From positions 1 to 64,000 of IMG/VR virus record IMGVR_UViG_2934563053_000002: DNA of 64,000 bases; one strand, 5' to 3'. Position numbers and translations under genes: made by a program. Position 1 is the stretch's first letter; each line of letters starts with the position of its first letter. The notes beneath the pieces are model-generated. The model made no database searches and was not told where the DNA came from. It saw nothing but the letters and a program-made list of their open reading frames with translations. Below, piece after piece: positions 9,818 to 19,219 of this stretch. This stretch comes from a virus (lineage: Duplodnaviria; Caudoviricetes).

Positions 9818-10218
9818 TGATCCCCGGCGACTACGACAAGCTGTGGGACGAGTCCCGCGACGAGCCGCCCTTCGCCAACAGCGACGAGGGCTACGGCTGG
9901 ATGGCAGCGAACTGCGACACCTGCACCCACGACCAGCCCGCACGACAGGGCGACGAGGGCAACGGCTGCCCGCTGCTGCTCCTCTCCCTCGTCGGCCGCC
10001 GCCCGGCGCAGTGGCTCGACGGTCCGCGCGACGAGCACGGCCGCTACTCCCGAGCCGGCCAGTACCACTGCGTCGAGTACCGGCACGAGGACGACGGCCC
10101 GTCCGAGCCGCAGCCGATCCCGGACCCGCCCGGCCAGTTGGGGCTGGTGCCTCGTGAGGGCTACGAGGGTGTGCGGATGCTGCTGCGGCCGAACCCGGCA
10201 GAGCTGGGGGTGTCGTGA
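9814..10218 (+). CDS. Hypothetical Cys-containing protein
   Basis: PFANSDEG..W...NCDTC...GCPLL. Confidence 0.6.
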   Translation: MMIPGDYDKLWDESRDEPPFANSDEGYGWMAANCDTCTHDQPARQGDEGNGCPLLLLSLVGRRPAQWLDGPRDEHGRYSRAGQYHCVEYRHEDDGPSEPQPIPDPPGQLGLVPREGYEGVRMLLRPNPAELGVS

Positions 10219-10583
10219 TGGGTGCGCACCGGCTGGCCTCCCGCGCCACACTCCGCGCCCAGGTGAAGCGCCTCGAAGCCGAAGCCGCTGACCTCACCTG
10301 CCAGGTCATCAAGCTGACCGGCGAGTTCGATGCCGCAGCGGTCGAACTGTCCGGCGCCCTCGAAGACCGGCGTGCGGCCGACGAGCGGGCCAAGCACCTG
10401 GCCGGGCAGCTCGCCGAGGCCATGGCCGAGGTCCACCGGCTCCGGTCCGAACTCGCCGAGTCCGGCGCGGTCACCGTCCCGTCGGCCGAGCGCGACACCA
10501 GCCACCCCGCCGACATCGCCACGCACCCGATCCCCGCCGGCGACATGTGGGCCGACCCCACCCGCTGGCGCCACACCGCATAA
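10215..10583 (+). CDS. Coiled-coil hypothetical protein
   Basis: Coupled ORF. Confidence 0.55.
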   Translation: MMGAHRLASRATLRAQVKRLEAEAADLTCQVIKLTGEFDAAAVELSGALEDRRAADERAKHLAGQLAEAMAEVHRLRSELAESGAVTVPSAERDTSHPADIATHPIPAGDMWADPTRWRHTA

Positions 10584-10683
10584 CCCCGTCGACCGGCCCG
10601 CGCCCGGGGATGACAACAGGCCCCCGGCGCGGGCCACCACACCACCACTCCAGCACTAACCCGCACCGGGAGGTGACCCGCAG

Positions 10684-10902
10684 ATGAAACACCTCAACGC
10701 CTCACCGCCACACATCGCACCCGAACACCTCGCCCTCGGCACCTGCCCCACCTGCGGCAAGAAGTCCTACCTCACCCGCCGCGAAGCACGACGCGCCGCC
10801 CGCGCCATCCACCCCCACACCCACCTTCGCGCCTACAAGTGCGGCACCCACTGGCACTTCGGCCACAACCCGGACTGGCGAAAGCGAGGCGAGACCAGAT
10901 GA
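10684..10902 (+). CDS. Small Zn-finger protein
   Basis: CPTCGKKSYLTRREA...AYKC..HWH; GGAGG RBS. Confidence 0.65.
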   Translation: MKHLNASPPHIAPEHLALGTCPTCGKKSYLTRREARRAARAIHPHTHLRAYKCGTHWHFGHNPDWRKRGETR

Positions 10903-11693
10903 CCCGACCCCACGGCTACGCCCGCTACAAGCTCGACGGCTGCCGCTGCTACACCTGCGGCTTCGCCGCCGCCCAATACCGCGACGCCCGCGACCACGCC
11001 ATCCGCCGCGGAACCTGGCAGCCCTACGTCGACGCCGAACCCGCCCGCGCCCACGTGCGTGAACTCCTCGCCTGCGGACTCGGCACACGCACCATCGCCG
11101 CCCTCGCCCACCTCGACCGCAAGCAGGTGTACGTCCTCCTGCACGGCCGATCCGACCGCGGCACACCACCACCGGCACAGATCCGGCCGGCCACCGCCGC
11201 GGCGATCCTCTCCGTCGAGCCGACGTGGGAGAACCTGCCGGGCACGACCACCGTCGCCGCAGTCGGCACCGTGCGCCGTCTCCAGGCGCTGACCGCCAGA
11301 GGCTGGCCGCAGTCACGCCTCGCGGCCCGCCTGGACATGACCCCGAACAACTTCGGGGCGCTCCTCGCACGGGAGCACGTCACCGTGGCCACCGCGCGCC
11401 GCGTGCGCAGCCTCTACGACGAGCTGTGGCGCACCGACCCCCGTGACCACCGTGTCGACAACCAGGCATACAGCCGGGCACTCAACCAGGCCAAGGCCAA
11501 GCTGTGGGCCCCGGTCGGGGCGTGGGACGACGACACCATCGACGACCCGCAGGCGTACCCCGACTGGACTGGCCACTGTGGCACGTCCAGCGGCTACAAC
11601 GCCCACTTCCAAAACCGTGTCCTGCCTGCTTGCCAGCCGTGCCTCGACGCCCGCAGCGCACACCGTGCCGCAGTGAAGGCGGTGGCGGCATGA
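10899..11693 (+). CDS. Tandem-HTH DNA-binding protein with Cys motifs
   Basis: GCRCYTC, two HTH-like segments, C-terminal CGT...CQPC. Confidence 0.7.
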   Translation: MTRPHGYARYKLDGCRCYTCGFAAAQYRDARDHAIRRGTWQPYVDAEPARAHVRELLACGLGTRTIAALAHLDRKQVYVLLHGRSDRGTPPPAQIRPATAAAILSVEPTWENLPGTTTVAAVGTVRRLQALTARGWPQSRLAARLDMTPNNFGALLAREHVTVATARRVRSLYDELWRTDPRDHRVDNQAYSRALNQAKAKLWAPVGAWDDDTIDDPQAYPDWTGHCGTSSGYNAHFQNRVLPACQPCLDARSAHRAAVKAVAA

Positions 11694-12625
11694 CGAGTGC
11701 CCTGGCCTCCGACTGCTCCTGTACTCCGATCACGTCCTACGTGTGCGGGCACTGCTGGCACGACCAATGCCTCGACTGCGGCCAGTGCGCTGGACCCGGC
11801 TGCACCTGCCACTGCCTGCTCGGCTTCGAGCCCCGAGAGCAAACCGAGCAGCCGCTGTTCTGGCTGGGCGCACACCACGCCCGGTGGCTCGCCACCGCCG
11901 GGGTGCGGCTGTGCGTCTCCCGCCGCACCCTGGCCGGCCGCCGCAGCCTGCCCCGTGCCGCCGTCCCGTGGCTGTGTGACTCCGGTGGGTTCACCGAGTT
12001 GTCCCTGCACGGCACCTGGACCGTCCCAGCCGACGCATACGCGGCCGAAGTCCGACGATTCGCCAACAAGGTCGGCCTGATGGCGCACGCCGCACCGCAG
12101 GACTGGATGTGCGAGCCGTGGATGATCGCCAAGACCGGCCTGACCGTAGCCGAGCACCAGGCCCGCACCGTCGGCAACTACCTCGATCTGCGCGCTGCCG
12201 ACCCCGGCCTGCCGTTCATGCCCGTCTTGCAGGGATGGACACTCGCCGACTACGAGCACTGCATCAGCCTGTACGACAAGGCTGGCATCGATCTGGCCGC
12301 GCAGCCCCTCGTCGGAGTCGGGTCAGTGTGCAGGCGGCAGGGCAGCACCGAGGCTGCCGCGCTCCTCACGGCACTCGCCGGGCACGGGCTGAGTCTCCAC
12401 GGCTTCGGCCTGAAGATCGAGGGCCTTGCACTGGCTGCCGACTACCTGGCTTCCGCAGATTCCCTGGCCTGGTCCCGGGACGCCCGCTGGAACCCGGCCA
12501 TGCCTGGCCACGAACACGCCTCGTGCGCCAACTGCCAGCCCTACGCGCTGGCCTGGCGCGAACGGGTCCTCGACGTCCTCGATCGACCCCGGCAGCTTGC
12601 TCTGGACTTGGCGGTGGCGGCATGA
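11690..12625 (+). CDS. DpdA/queuine tRNA-ribosyltransferase (TGT)-like base-exchange protein
   Basis: CDSGGFTEL, PQDWMCEP, PVLQG, VGVGSVC, LHGFGLK, SADSLAW; 10-Cys N-terminal extension. Confidence 0.8.
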   Translation: MTSALASDCSCTPITSYVCGHCWHDQCLDCGQCAGPGCTCHCLLGFEPREQTEQPLFWLGAHHARWLATAGVRLCVSRRTLAGRRSLPRAAVPWLCDSGGFTELSLHGTWTVPADAYAAEVRRFANKVGLMAHAAPQDWMCEPWMIAKTGLTVAEHQARTVGNYLDLRAADPGLPFMPVLQGWTLADYEHCISLYDKAGIDLAAQPLVGVGSVCRRQGSTEAAALLTALAGHGLSLHGFGLKIEGLALAADYLASADSLAWSRDARWNPAMPGHEHASCANCQPYALAWRERVLDVLDRPRQLALDLAVAA

Positions 12626-13062
12626 CGCGGGAAGAGCGCGCCACCAGAGCCCGCGCCCTCCACCGAGCCGGCTGGACCGACCCGGCCATCGCCGCCCACC
12701 TCGGCGTGTCCACCCGCACCGTCCTCCGCCTCCGCCACGAACCCACCCGCACCCGGAAGGCCACAGTCATCATCGACCGGCCCAAGCCCTCTGCGAGCTG
12801 GCACCGGCACGGCGCCTGCACCCGACCCACCCCAGTCCCCGCCGACTGGGACGGCGACGGCGACACCACCGAAAGCATCGCCGCACAGAACATCTGCATG
12901 CTGCGCTGCCCCGTCCGAGCCCTCTGCCTGGCCGAGGCCATGCACGTCGAGGGCGCCATGCCGACCGGGGGCCGCAACGGCATCGCGGGCGGCCTGACCC
13001 CCGTGCAGCGGGCTTCCCTCTACCGCACGCTGCGCTCCCGCACCCAGGAGGTGCCCGCATGA
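12622..13062 (+). CDS. HTH-WhiB fusion regulator
   Basis: GWTDPAIAAHLGVSTRTVLR plus W...GAC...IC...CPVRALC...GIAGGLT. Confidence 0.75.
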   Translation: MTREERATRARALHRAGWTDPAIAAHLGVSTRTVLRLRHEPTRTRKATVIIDRPKPSASWHRHGACTRPTPVPADWDGDGDTTESIAAQNICMLRCPVRALCLAEAMHVEGAMPTGGRNGIAGGLTPVQRASLYRTLRSRTQEVPA

Positions 13063-13376
13063 GCATCACCGGCCACGCCTCCGACAACCTGCCCCGCGGT
13101 GACTGGCGGGAGCATGCCGCCTGCCGCGTGCTGGCCGACCCGGAGGTGATGTTCCCGCCGCCGGGCGAGCAGGGCTTCGTCGCCCGCAGCATCTGCGGCG
13201 ACTGCCCCGTCCGCAGGGCGTGCGCGAACTGGGCCCTCAGCAACCCGCAGGACGCGGCGTTCGGCGTGTGGGGCGGGCTGACCGAGCGGGAGCGGGCGAC
13301 CATCCTGCGCCGCCGCGTGCCCCGGGACCCGGACCACCCGCAGGCCGAGTGCGGCACGGCGGCGGCCGTCCCGTGA
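13059..13376 (+). CDS. whiB: WhiB-family transcriptional regulator
   Basis: WREHAAC...ICGDCPVRRAC...FGVWGGLTERER. Confidence 0.92.
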   Translation: MSITGHASDNLPRGDWREHAACRVLADPEVMFPPPGEQGFVARSICGDCPVRRACANWALSNPQDAAFGVWGGLTERERATILRRRVPRDPDHPQAECGTAAAVP

Positions 13377-13432
13377 CCACGCCGCGGGGCCGCCACCCCG
13401 GCGGCCCCGCACCACACCCGGCACACGACAAA

Positions 13433-13450
13433 GCCCCGCCGAAGCGGGGC
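13433..13450. terminator. Hairpin between convergent genes
   Basis: GCCCCGC-CGAA-GCGGGGC. Confidence 0.65.
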
Positions 13451-13473
13451 CCAGGGGAGAGGAGAAGCCGATG

Positions 13474-13923
13474 TCAGGAGTCGCGTTGGCGCCGGCGGTA
13501 GGCGGCGACCTCTCGCTTGATGTGCATGCGGATGTCCGCAGCGCGCGACAGGCCCTTGTCCTTGCAGGCCAGTTTGTAGGCGGCCCAGTCGTCGTCGGAC
13601 AGCAGGAAGAGGCGGGGCTGGGGAACTCCGGGCTTGCGCACCACGTGCCGGAGAACGGGCTCGTCTACATCGACGACGTTGTACGCGGGGCTCTCATGCT
13701 TGATCGCTTGCACCTCGGCGGTGAGAGCTTCGGTACGCGTCGGATGCCACTCGATGCGGCGCTCGACGACATCGTCCCACCAAGCCTTGTCTCGCGCGTG
13801 GCTTTGCCAGCGGGCCGCGGGGTCGAACGCTACACCGACGTACAGCAGCCGCCCGGCGCGGTCGAAGAGCCGGTAGAGGGCGGTCGGCCGGGCGAAGTCG
13901 ATCTGCTCTCCCCGTCGCGGCAT
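13474..13923 (-). CDS. GIY-YIG nuclease-family protein with C-terminal RHH-like domain
   Basis: ALYRLFD...LLYVGV...RWQSH...AEVQAI; C-terminal LSDDDWAAYKLACKDKGLSRAADIR. Confidence 0.8.
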   Translation of the reverse strand: MPRRGEQIDFARPTALYRLFDRAGRLLYVGVAFDPAARWQSHARDKAWWDDVVERRIEWHPTRTEALTAEVQAIKHESPAYNVVDVDEPVLRHVVRKPGVPQPRLFLLSDDDWAAYKLACKDKGLSRAADIRMHIKREVAAYRRRQRDS

Positions 13924-13938
13924 GTGGGTTCTCCTCTG

Positions 13939-14202
13939 TCAGGCAGAGGTGTCCCCCTGCTTCCTTTTGCTGGTGACGGTCGGCTCGCGCAGTCGGGGCA
14001 CGTTGTGCTCCCGCGCAATGCGACGGACGTGCTCAGCCGTGTAGCCGGTCTCTGCGGCGACATCGCGGGGCCGCATGCCGGCGCGAAGCGCAGCGGCGAT
14101 GGCTTCGCTGAGGTCCTCGCGGGCACGGGCTTCGCCCTCTTTCGCCCGCTTGTGGCTTCGCACGGCGGATCGCAGGCGGGTCACGACTTCCTCCTCGGTC
14201 AT
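13939..14202 (-). CDS. Small HTH regulator
   Basis: ALRAGMRPRDVAAETGYTAEHVRRIAR. Confidence 0.75.
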   Translation of the reverse strand: MTEEEVVTRLRSAVRSHKRAKEGEARAREDLSEAIAAALRAGMRPRDVAAETGYTAEHVRRIAREHNVPRLREPTVTSKRKQGDTSA

Positions 14203-14213
14203 GCACCGATCGT

Positions 14214-14268
14214 CCCACATCCATGTGGCCAAGTGTCATATGGCTATCTTAGCCCACATCCATGTGGC
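14214..14268. promoter_or_regulatory. Two identical 16-bp palindromic operators between the divergent HTH and rep genes
   Basis: CCCACATCCATGTGGC at 14214-14229 and 14253-14268. Confidence 0.7.
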
Positions 14269-14354
14269 AACATGGAGGTTGGCTATTTGCACGACCCGCC
14301 CTGACCGGGGCCGCACCCCCGAGCCCTGACCAGCGCGAATGAGAAGAGAGATCG

Positions 14355-15329
14355 TTGAGTAAAGAGGCGGTGAAGTGGGCCATGGACGACGCGCCCATGC
14401 TGCTCACCAAGGCGAAGAAGCCGGACACCACAGCCCGGCACGTCCTCCAGGCCCTCGCCGAGCACGCCCATGCGGACGGCTCCGGCGCACACCCCTCTGT
14501 GCTCCGACTCCAGTACCGGACCGGCTACGACAGGGTGACCGTTCAGCGGGCACTACGCCGCCTCCAGGCGGGGAAGCTGATCAGTCCTATCGGCAGCGTC
14601 AGCGGCCGCACGGAGTGGCGACTGGCCTTGGACGCGCGCCGCCCTGCTTCCGACTGGCAGCAACTCGAAGACGGCGAGGACGCGGGCCGGGCGGCGGCGG
14701 CCGAGCGGAAGAGGAAGTCCCGAGCCAAGGCCGTCACGAACTCTGAGTCCGTGACCGTCACAGACGCAGAGTCTGTGACCGACGGGGATGTCACGAACTC
14801 TGAGTCCGTCCGTCACGCATCCGAAGTGCGTGACGTCACGAACTCTGAGTCCGGACGTCACGCACTCAACGCAGCCCTAACCATCAAGGAACCACCACCT
14901 CAACCACCAACAACCAAAAACACTTCTGAGCCTGGCGGCTCAGAAGGAGATTCCCTCACCGATCCACTCGCCCTCGACAGCAGCGGCAACACCGCCCCCC
15001 AGCGCGACTACCGCCTCGACCAGTTCGGCGCGTTCTGGACCGTCTACCCCCGCAGCAAGCAGATCGAGAAGGCCAAGCGCGCATGGCGCGACGCCATCGA
15101 CCGCGGCGCCGACCCCGAACACCTCGTCGCTGCCGCCACCGCCTACGCCCACGAACGCAAGGACCAAGAGGCGAAGTTCACGCCCTACCCCGCCCGCTGG
15201 TTGGACGACGGCCGCTACGACGACGAGCCCGACCCCCAGCCCGCCAAGGGACGCCACCTCCGCGCCGTCGGCGACTGGCAGCCCTTCCAGCCGCCCACCG
15301 ACCACTCCGTCTACGAGAGCGGATTCTGA
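14355..15329 (+). CDS. Phage replication initiator (lambda O-like; N-terminal HTH)
   Basis: VLQALAEHA...HPSV..L...TG....TVQRALRRL; FWTVYPR...YPARWL; internal iterons. Confidence 0.82.
   Translation: MSKEAVKWAMDDAPMLLTKAKKPDTTARHVLQALAEHAHADGSGAHPSVLRLQYRTGYDRVTVQRALRRLQAGKLISPIGSVSGRTEWRLALDARRPASDWQQLEDGEDAGRAAAAERKRKSRAKAVTNSESVTVTDAESVTDGDVTNSESVRHASEVRDVTNSESGRHALNAALTIKEPPPQPPTTKNTSEPGGSEGDSLTDPLALDSSGNTAPQRDYRLDQFGAFWTVYPRSKQIEKAKRAWRDAIDRGADPEHLVAAATAYAHERKDQEAKFTPYPARWLDDGRYDDEPDPQPAKGRHLRAVGDWQPFQPPTDHSVYESGF
14733..14853 (+). repeat. Iterons / probable replication origin inside the rep gene
   Basis: GTCACGAACTCTGAGTCCG at 14733, 14790 and 14835, further GTCAC/GTGAC half-sites, then an A/C-rich tract. 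Confidence 0.75.
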
Positions 15330-16063
15330 TGCCCGAGCCCGAGACCCTCGCCAACAAGCGCGGCAGCATGCTCGGCCGGCTCATGGCCGAGGCCGCCGCC
15401 CGCTGCCCCGACGCCGCCACCCTCGGCCCCCTCGACGCCGACGAGCCCACCCCCGACGAACCCGGCCACCCCGAGTACCACCGCCGCCAGCGCCGCGACT
15501 TCGCCCTCAAGCGCTGGCAGACCGCCGCGCCGTACCGGTACCGCGACGCCACCACCACACACCCCCAGGTGATCGCCTGGGCCGACCGCGCCGTGAAGGA
15601 CCTCCGCGACGCCGGGTTCCTCCTGCTGACCGGCCCCTTCGGCACCGGCAAAACCCACAACGCCTACGGCGCCCTCCGTCGCATAGCCGAAGCCGGACCC
15701 GACCGCTACGAGATCATCGCGCTCACCGCCCCGGACATGTACGCCCTGCTCCGCCCCGGCGGCTCCGACCGCGGCGGCGAAGCCGAACTCAAGCGGCTCA
15801 CCCGCGTACCGCTGCTCCTCCTCGACGACCTCGGCACCGAAAAGATCAGCGAGTGGACCGAGGAAGCCACCTACCGGCTCCTCAACGAGCGGTACAACGA
15901 ATGCCGCCCCATGATCATCACGAGCAACCTGCCCCCGCACGACCCCAACGGGCCCGACCTCGTAGCGAAACTCGGCGAACGCATCACCTCCCGCCTCGCC
16001 CAGATGACCACCGTCATCCCCATGAACGGCAACGACCGACGCCGCGGGGGAGACGCAGCATGA
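15329..16063 (+). CDS. DnaC/IstB-like AAA+ helicase loader
   Basis: GPFGTGKT Walker A, LLLLDDLG Walker B, IITSNL, RITSRL. Confidence 0.9.
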   Translation: MPEPETLANKRGSMLGRLMAEAAARCPDAATLGPLDADEPTPDEPGHPEYHRRQRRDFALKRWQTAAPYRYRDATTTHPQVIAWADRAVKDLRDAGFLLLTGPFGTGKTHNAYGALRRIAEAGPDRYEIIALTAPDMYALLRPGGSDRGGEAELKRLTRVPLLLLDDLGTEKISEWTEEATYRLLNERYNECRPMIITSNLPPHDPNGPDLVAKLGERITSRLAQMTTVIPMNGNDRRRGGDAA

Positions 16064-16350
16064 ACCACGACGACCCCCGCATGGCCAACGTCGAATGCGG
16101 CATCGCCCGCCTCGGCTACCAGCACGGCAAGACCGGCATCGAGATCGCCGAACAGTGGATCGTCGCCCACCTCGACGCACTGCTCTCCGTCACCACCGGG
16201 CGGACCGCCGACCCGGCCGCCTTCCCCGACTTCGGCGACGGCTCGAAAGAGGAGACCGCGCGCCGCATCGTCGCCCGCCTCCTCGACGCCGGCTGGCGCC
16301 CCGCCGACACCGAATGCCTCGACCTCCCAGCCGAAGGAGCCCCGCAATGA
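16060..16350 (+). CDS. Hypothetical protein
   Basis: Coupled ORF. Confidence 0.6.
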   Translation: MNHDDPRMANVECGIARLGYQHGKTGIEIAEQWIVAHLDALLSVTTGRTADPAAFPDFGDGSKEETARRIVARLLDAGWRPADTECLDLPAEGAPQ

Positions 16351-16763
16351 AAGCCCTCACCATCCGCCAGCCCTGGGCCGACGCCATCACCCACGGCTCG
16401 AAGCGCGTCGAGAACCGCAGCTGGGAACTCCCGGCCAAGCACGTCGGCACCCGCATCCTCATCCACGCCGGCCAGGGCTACGACCCGATGGGCCGCTTCA
16501 TCATCGCGGACCACGACCTCGTCGCCTCCTGGCCCGACACCCGCGGCGCGATCACCGCCGCCGCCACCCTGACCGGCTCCCACTGGTCGAAGGACGGCAC
16601 ATGCTGCCGACCGTGGGGCCAGGAAGTGTCCTACCACTGGCAGCTCGCCGACGTGGTCGCTCTCCCCGCCCCGGTGCCGTGCAAGGGCCGGCTCGGCTTC
16701 TGGACGCCGCCCGCCGAGGTCCTGGCCGCCGTCGAGCAGCAGCTCGCGGAGGTGTCCGCATGA
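16347..16763 (+). CDS. ASCH-domain protein
   Basis: MKALTIRQPWA...GSKRVENRSW...LIHAG...CKGRLGFW. Confidence 0.9.
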   Translation: MKALTIRQPWADAITHGSKRVENRSWELPAKHVGTRILIHAGQGYDPMGRFIIADHDLVASWPDTRGAITAAATLTGSHWSKDGTCCRPWGQEVSYHWQLADVVALPAPVPCKGRLGFWTPPAEVLAAVEQQLAEVSA

Positions 16764-17032
16764 AGCGCAGCTTCGCCCGCCTCCTCGACGCACTCACCCA
16801 CACCGGCCCCGGCTACAACCCGCCACACCAGCCCCGCCGCGGCGACGACATCGACCGGTGGCTGAAAGCCCAGCGGGACGCGGCAGCCGACCACCCGGAG
16901 GCGTACCAGGCCGCGGACGGACTGCTCGACCTGTACCGGCTGCACGCCGACACCCGCACCCCGCTCACCGAACACGTCTGCGAGGGGCGGGTCATCGGCG
17001 ACTGCGAGTGCTTCGAAGGCGGTGCCCGATGA
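16760..17032 (+). CDS. Hypothetical protein
   Basis: Coupled ORF. Confidence 0.6.
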   Translation: MKRSFARLLDALTHTGPGYNPPHQPRRGDDIDRWLKAQRDAAADHPEAYQAADGLLDLYRLHADTRTPLTEHVCEGRVIGDCECFEGGAR

Positions 17033-17232
17033 CCGGCCAGCACTCGCTCCGCGTCCGCCTCTACGGAGGCCGGTCTGTCCACGCCGCCCGCGAGCTGCCG
17101 ATCTCCGGCGGCACCGAGACCGCCTGCGAGTACTTCATCGATGTTCTCGCCGCGAACCACTGGCTCGACGACGACACCGAGATCACCTGCCGCCGCTGCA
17201 TCCACGCCATCAACCGAGAGGCCCAGCGATGA
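17029..17232 (+). CDS. Small Cys/His protein
   Basis: VH...TAC...ITCRRC. Confidence 0.55.
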   Translation: MTGQHSLRVRLYGGRSVHAARELPISGGTETACEYFIDVLAANHWLDDDTEITCRRCIHAINREAQR

Positions 17233-17588
17233 CCGGCCAACTCCAGATCCCCGAGCCCACCCCCGGCACCATCAACGCCGCCGCCGGCGAACACGCCAAA
17301 CAGACCGGCATGGCCCGCGCCGACCAGCTCGACCCCCACTGGGCCGACGCCTGCGACCAGCGCATAGCCAAGTTCGCCGCCCGCGGCATCCCCTTCCAAG
17401 CCGCCGACCTCGTCGCCGACGGCCTCGACGAACCCCCACACCCCAACTGCTGGGGCCCCCGCTTCCGCGCCGCCTCCCACGCCGGAGTCATCCGCTTCCA
17501 CGGCTACGCCAAGTCGAAGCGCGCCACCGTCCACCGCTCCATCTGCCACGAGTGGATCGGCGCCGACACCGAGGAGCGTGCCGCGTGA
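17229..17588 (+). CDS. Hypothetical winged-helix-like phage protein
   Basis: PFQAADL...EPPHPNCWG..F. Confidence 0.6.
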   Translation: MTGQLQIPEPTPGTINAAAGEHAKQTGMARADQLDPHWADACDQRIAKFAARGIPFQAADLVADGLDEPPHPNCWGPRFRAASHAGVIRFHGYAKSKRATVHRSICHEWIGADTEERAA

Positions 17589-18193
17589 GCACCGACCGAG
17601 CACGACGCCGCACCATCACCTGCAACTCCTGCGGCCAAACCGCCGAACACCGCGGCCGCGGATACTGCGTCACCTGCTACACCCGCTGGGTCTACCACGG
17701 ACGCCCAGCCAGCGGACCCCCGAACCCCGGCGAGCGCCCACGCAAGACCCCCACCAAGCAGCACCGCCCCCTGCCCGCCTTCTGCAACCACGGCCACCGC
17801 CTCGACGACAGCAACCTGCGCTTCACCCCCGACGGCGTCCGCTACTGCCGAGCCTGCCGGTACGTCACCGACAAGACGTACACCGAGCGCCGGTTCACCA
17901 AGCGCCACGACAGCCACGACGTCATCCCCACCCGCGACGGCCGCCGCTACTGCCGCACCTGCAACCGCGGCGACCACGACATCGACGAGATGGCAGTGGA
18001 ACGCGCCGCCTCCGGAGACCGCCCCGCCCGCGTCACCCCCGCCGAACTCGAAGCCGCAGTCATCCAACTCCGCCTGTACGGACTCACCTACGAGCTGATA
18101 TCCGCCCGCACCGGATGCAGCCTCCGACAGGCATGGGGGATCTGCCACCGCAACGGGCTCAGCAGCCCCCGGGCCACGAAGGAAGCGTCATGA
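17585..18193 (+). CDS. Multi-Zn-finger protein with C-terminal HTH
   Basis: CNSC...RGYCVTCY, CNHGH, two RYCRxC, LTYELISARTGCS. Confidence 0.65.
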   Translation: MSTDRARRRTITCNSCGQTAEHRGRGYCVTCYTRWVYHGRPASGPPNPGERPRKTPTKQHRPLPAFCNHGHRLDDSNLRFTPDGVRYCRACRYVTDKTYTERRFTKRHDSHDVIPTRDGRRYCRTCNRGDHDIDEMAVERAASGDRPARVTPAELEAAVIQLRLYGLTYELISARTGCSLRQAWGICHRNGLSSPRATKEAS

Positions 18194-18531
18194 GCCACTC
18201 CTGCACCCACTGGCGCAGCGACAACCCGCCCACGGCCGACGCAACACCAGCCATCCCCCACCGGCCCATCCACCTGCCGACCAAGCCAACTGCATTCCGC
18301 GTGCACACCGAGAACGGCCGCACGCAGGACTGCACCCTGCATCCCGACGGCCGCATGACCATGCTCACCTCGGGCCAGACCTGGACATCAGCACTCAGCT
18401 TCGACGAGATGCGAGAGCTGAACTGGGCGGGCGCGCGGATCGAATGGGACCCCGCGCCGCTGCCGGGAGCCCCGCCGGTCGCGGAGCAGCCGACCCAGAT
18501 GGACATCGCCAGTCAGGGCGGCGTCTCGTGA
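18190..18531 (+). CDS. Hypothetical protein
   Basis: Coupled ORF. Confidence 0.55.
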   Translation: MSHSCTHWRSDNPPTADATPAIPHRPIHLPTKPTAFRVHTENGRTQDCTLHPDGRMTMLTSGQTWTSALSFDEMRELNWAGARIEWDPAPLPGAPPVAEQPTQMDIASQGGVS

Positions 18532-18839
18532 CGCGCCGGCCGCACAGCGTCCCCATGCCCGACGGGATCCGCGCCATGTCCCGCACCGGACAGCACCCCG
18601 CCCGCGCCGTCACTTGCCCCCACTGCGGCGCCCACGACCGCGCACCCTGCACCACCCCGTCCCGCAGGCACCAGCTCACCGAGAACCCCGTCCACCACGC
18701 CCGCATCTCCGCGTGGGTCATCGCCACCGCCGTCTGCCCCGCCTGCCAAGTCGCCCCCGGAACCCCCTGCCGGGTCGGCGGCAGGGCCATCCCCGAACCC
18801 CACCCACAGCGCGTACAGGAAGCCGAGGTCACCACATGA
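18528..18839 (+). CDS. Tandem Zn-finger protein
   Basis: Two CPxC...PC...H..R units. Confidence 0.65.
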   Translation: MTRRPHSVPMPDGIRAMSRTGQHPARAVTCPHCGAHDRAPCTTPSRRHQLTENPVHHARISAWVIATAVCPACQVAPGTPCRVGGRAIPEPHPQRVQEAEVTT

Positions 18840-19219
18840 CCAGCACCATGGAATGGATCCGCCGCCAGTACGACGTCCCCGCCCGCCACCGGATGCGCAT
18901 CGAATACGACGGCAAGCCCGCCACCATCACCGGCGCAGGCGGCGGCGGACACCTCCGCTTCCGCATCGACGGCGAGAAACGCATCACCACCGGCCACCCC
19001 TGCTACCGCATCGTCTACCCGGCCGTCCCCGAACCCACCCGACCGCGCGGCTGGTGCAAGCACTGCGGCAAGGACCGGGCCATGACCCGAGCCGGTGTCA
19101 TGGGCAACCACCACTGGGGCGGACGCACCTGGTCCAAGCCCTGCCCCGGGTCCGGAAAGCCGCCGTGGAAGCCCGTCCGCAACCAGACCCACCCCGGCGA
19201 GCAGAGGACCACACCGTGA
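18836..19219 (+). CDS. Hypothetical phage protein
   Basis: MEWIRRQYDVPA...GHLRFRIDG; C-terminal CKHC...CPGSG. Confidence 0.65.
   Translation: MTSTMEWIRRQYDVPARHRMRIEYDGKPATITGAGGGGHLRFRIDGEKRITTGHPCYRIVYPAVPEPTRPRGWCKHCGKDRAMTRAGVMGNHHWGGRTWSKPCPGSGKPPWKPVRNQTHPGEQRTTP

Noticed and set aside
13474-13923. Homing endonuclease or intron
   Set aside because: Free-standing, short, antisense, and no interrupted host gene or intron structure evident
14733-14853. 19-bp repeats as a CRISPR array
   Set aside because: Irregular spacing, inside the rep ORF, no cas genes; better explained as iterons
15329-16063. IS21 istB transposition helper
   Set aside because: No istA or terminal repeats; coupled to the replication initiator
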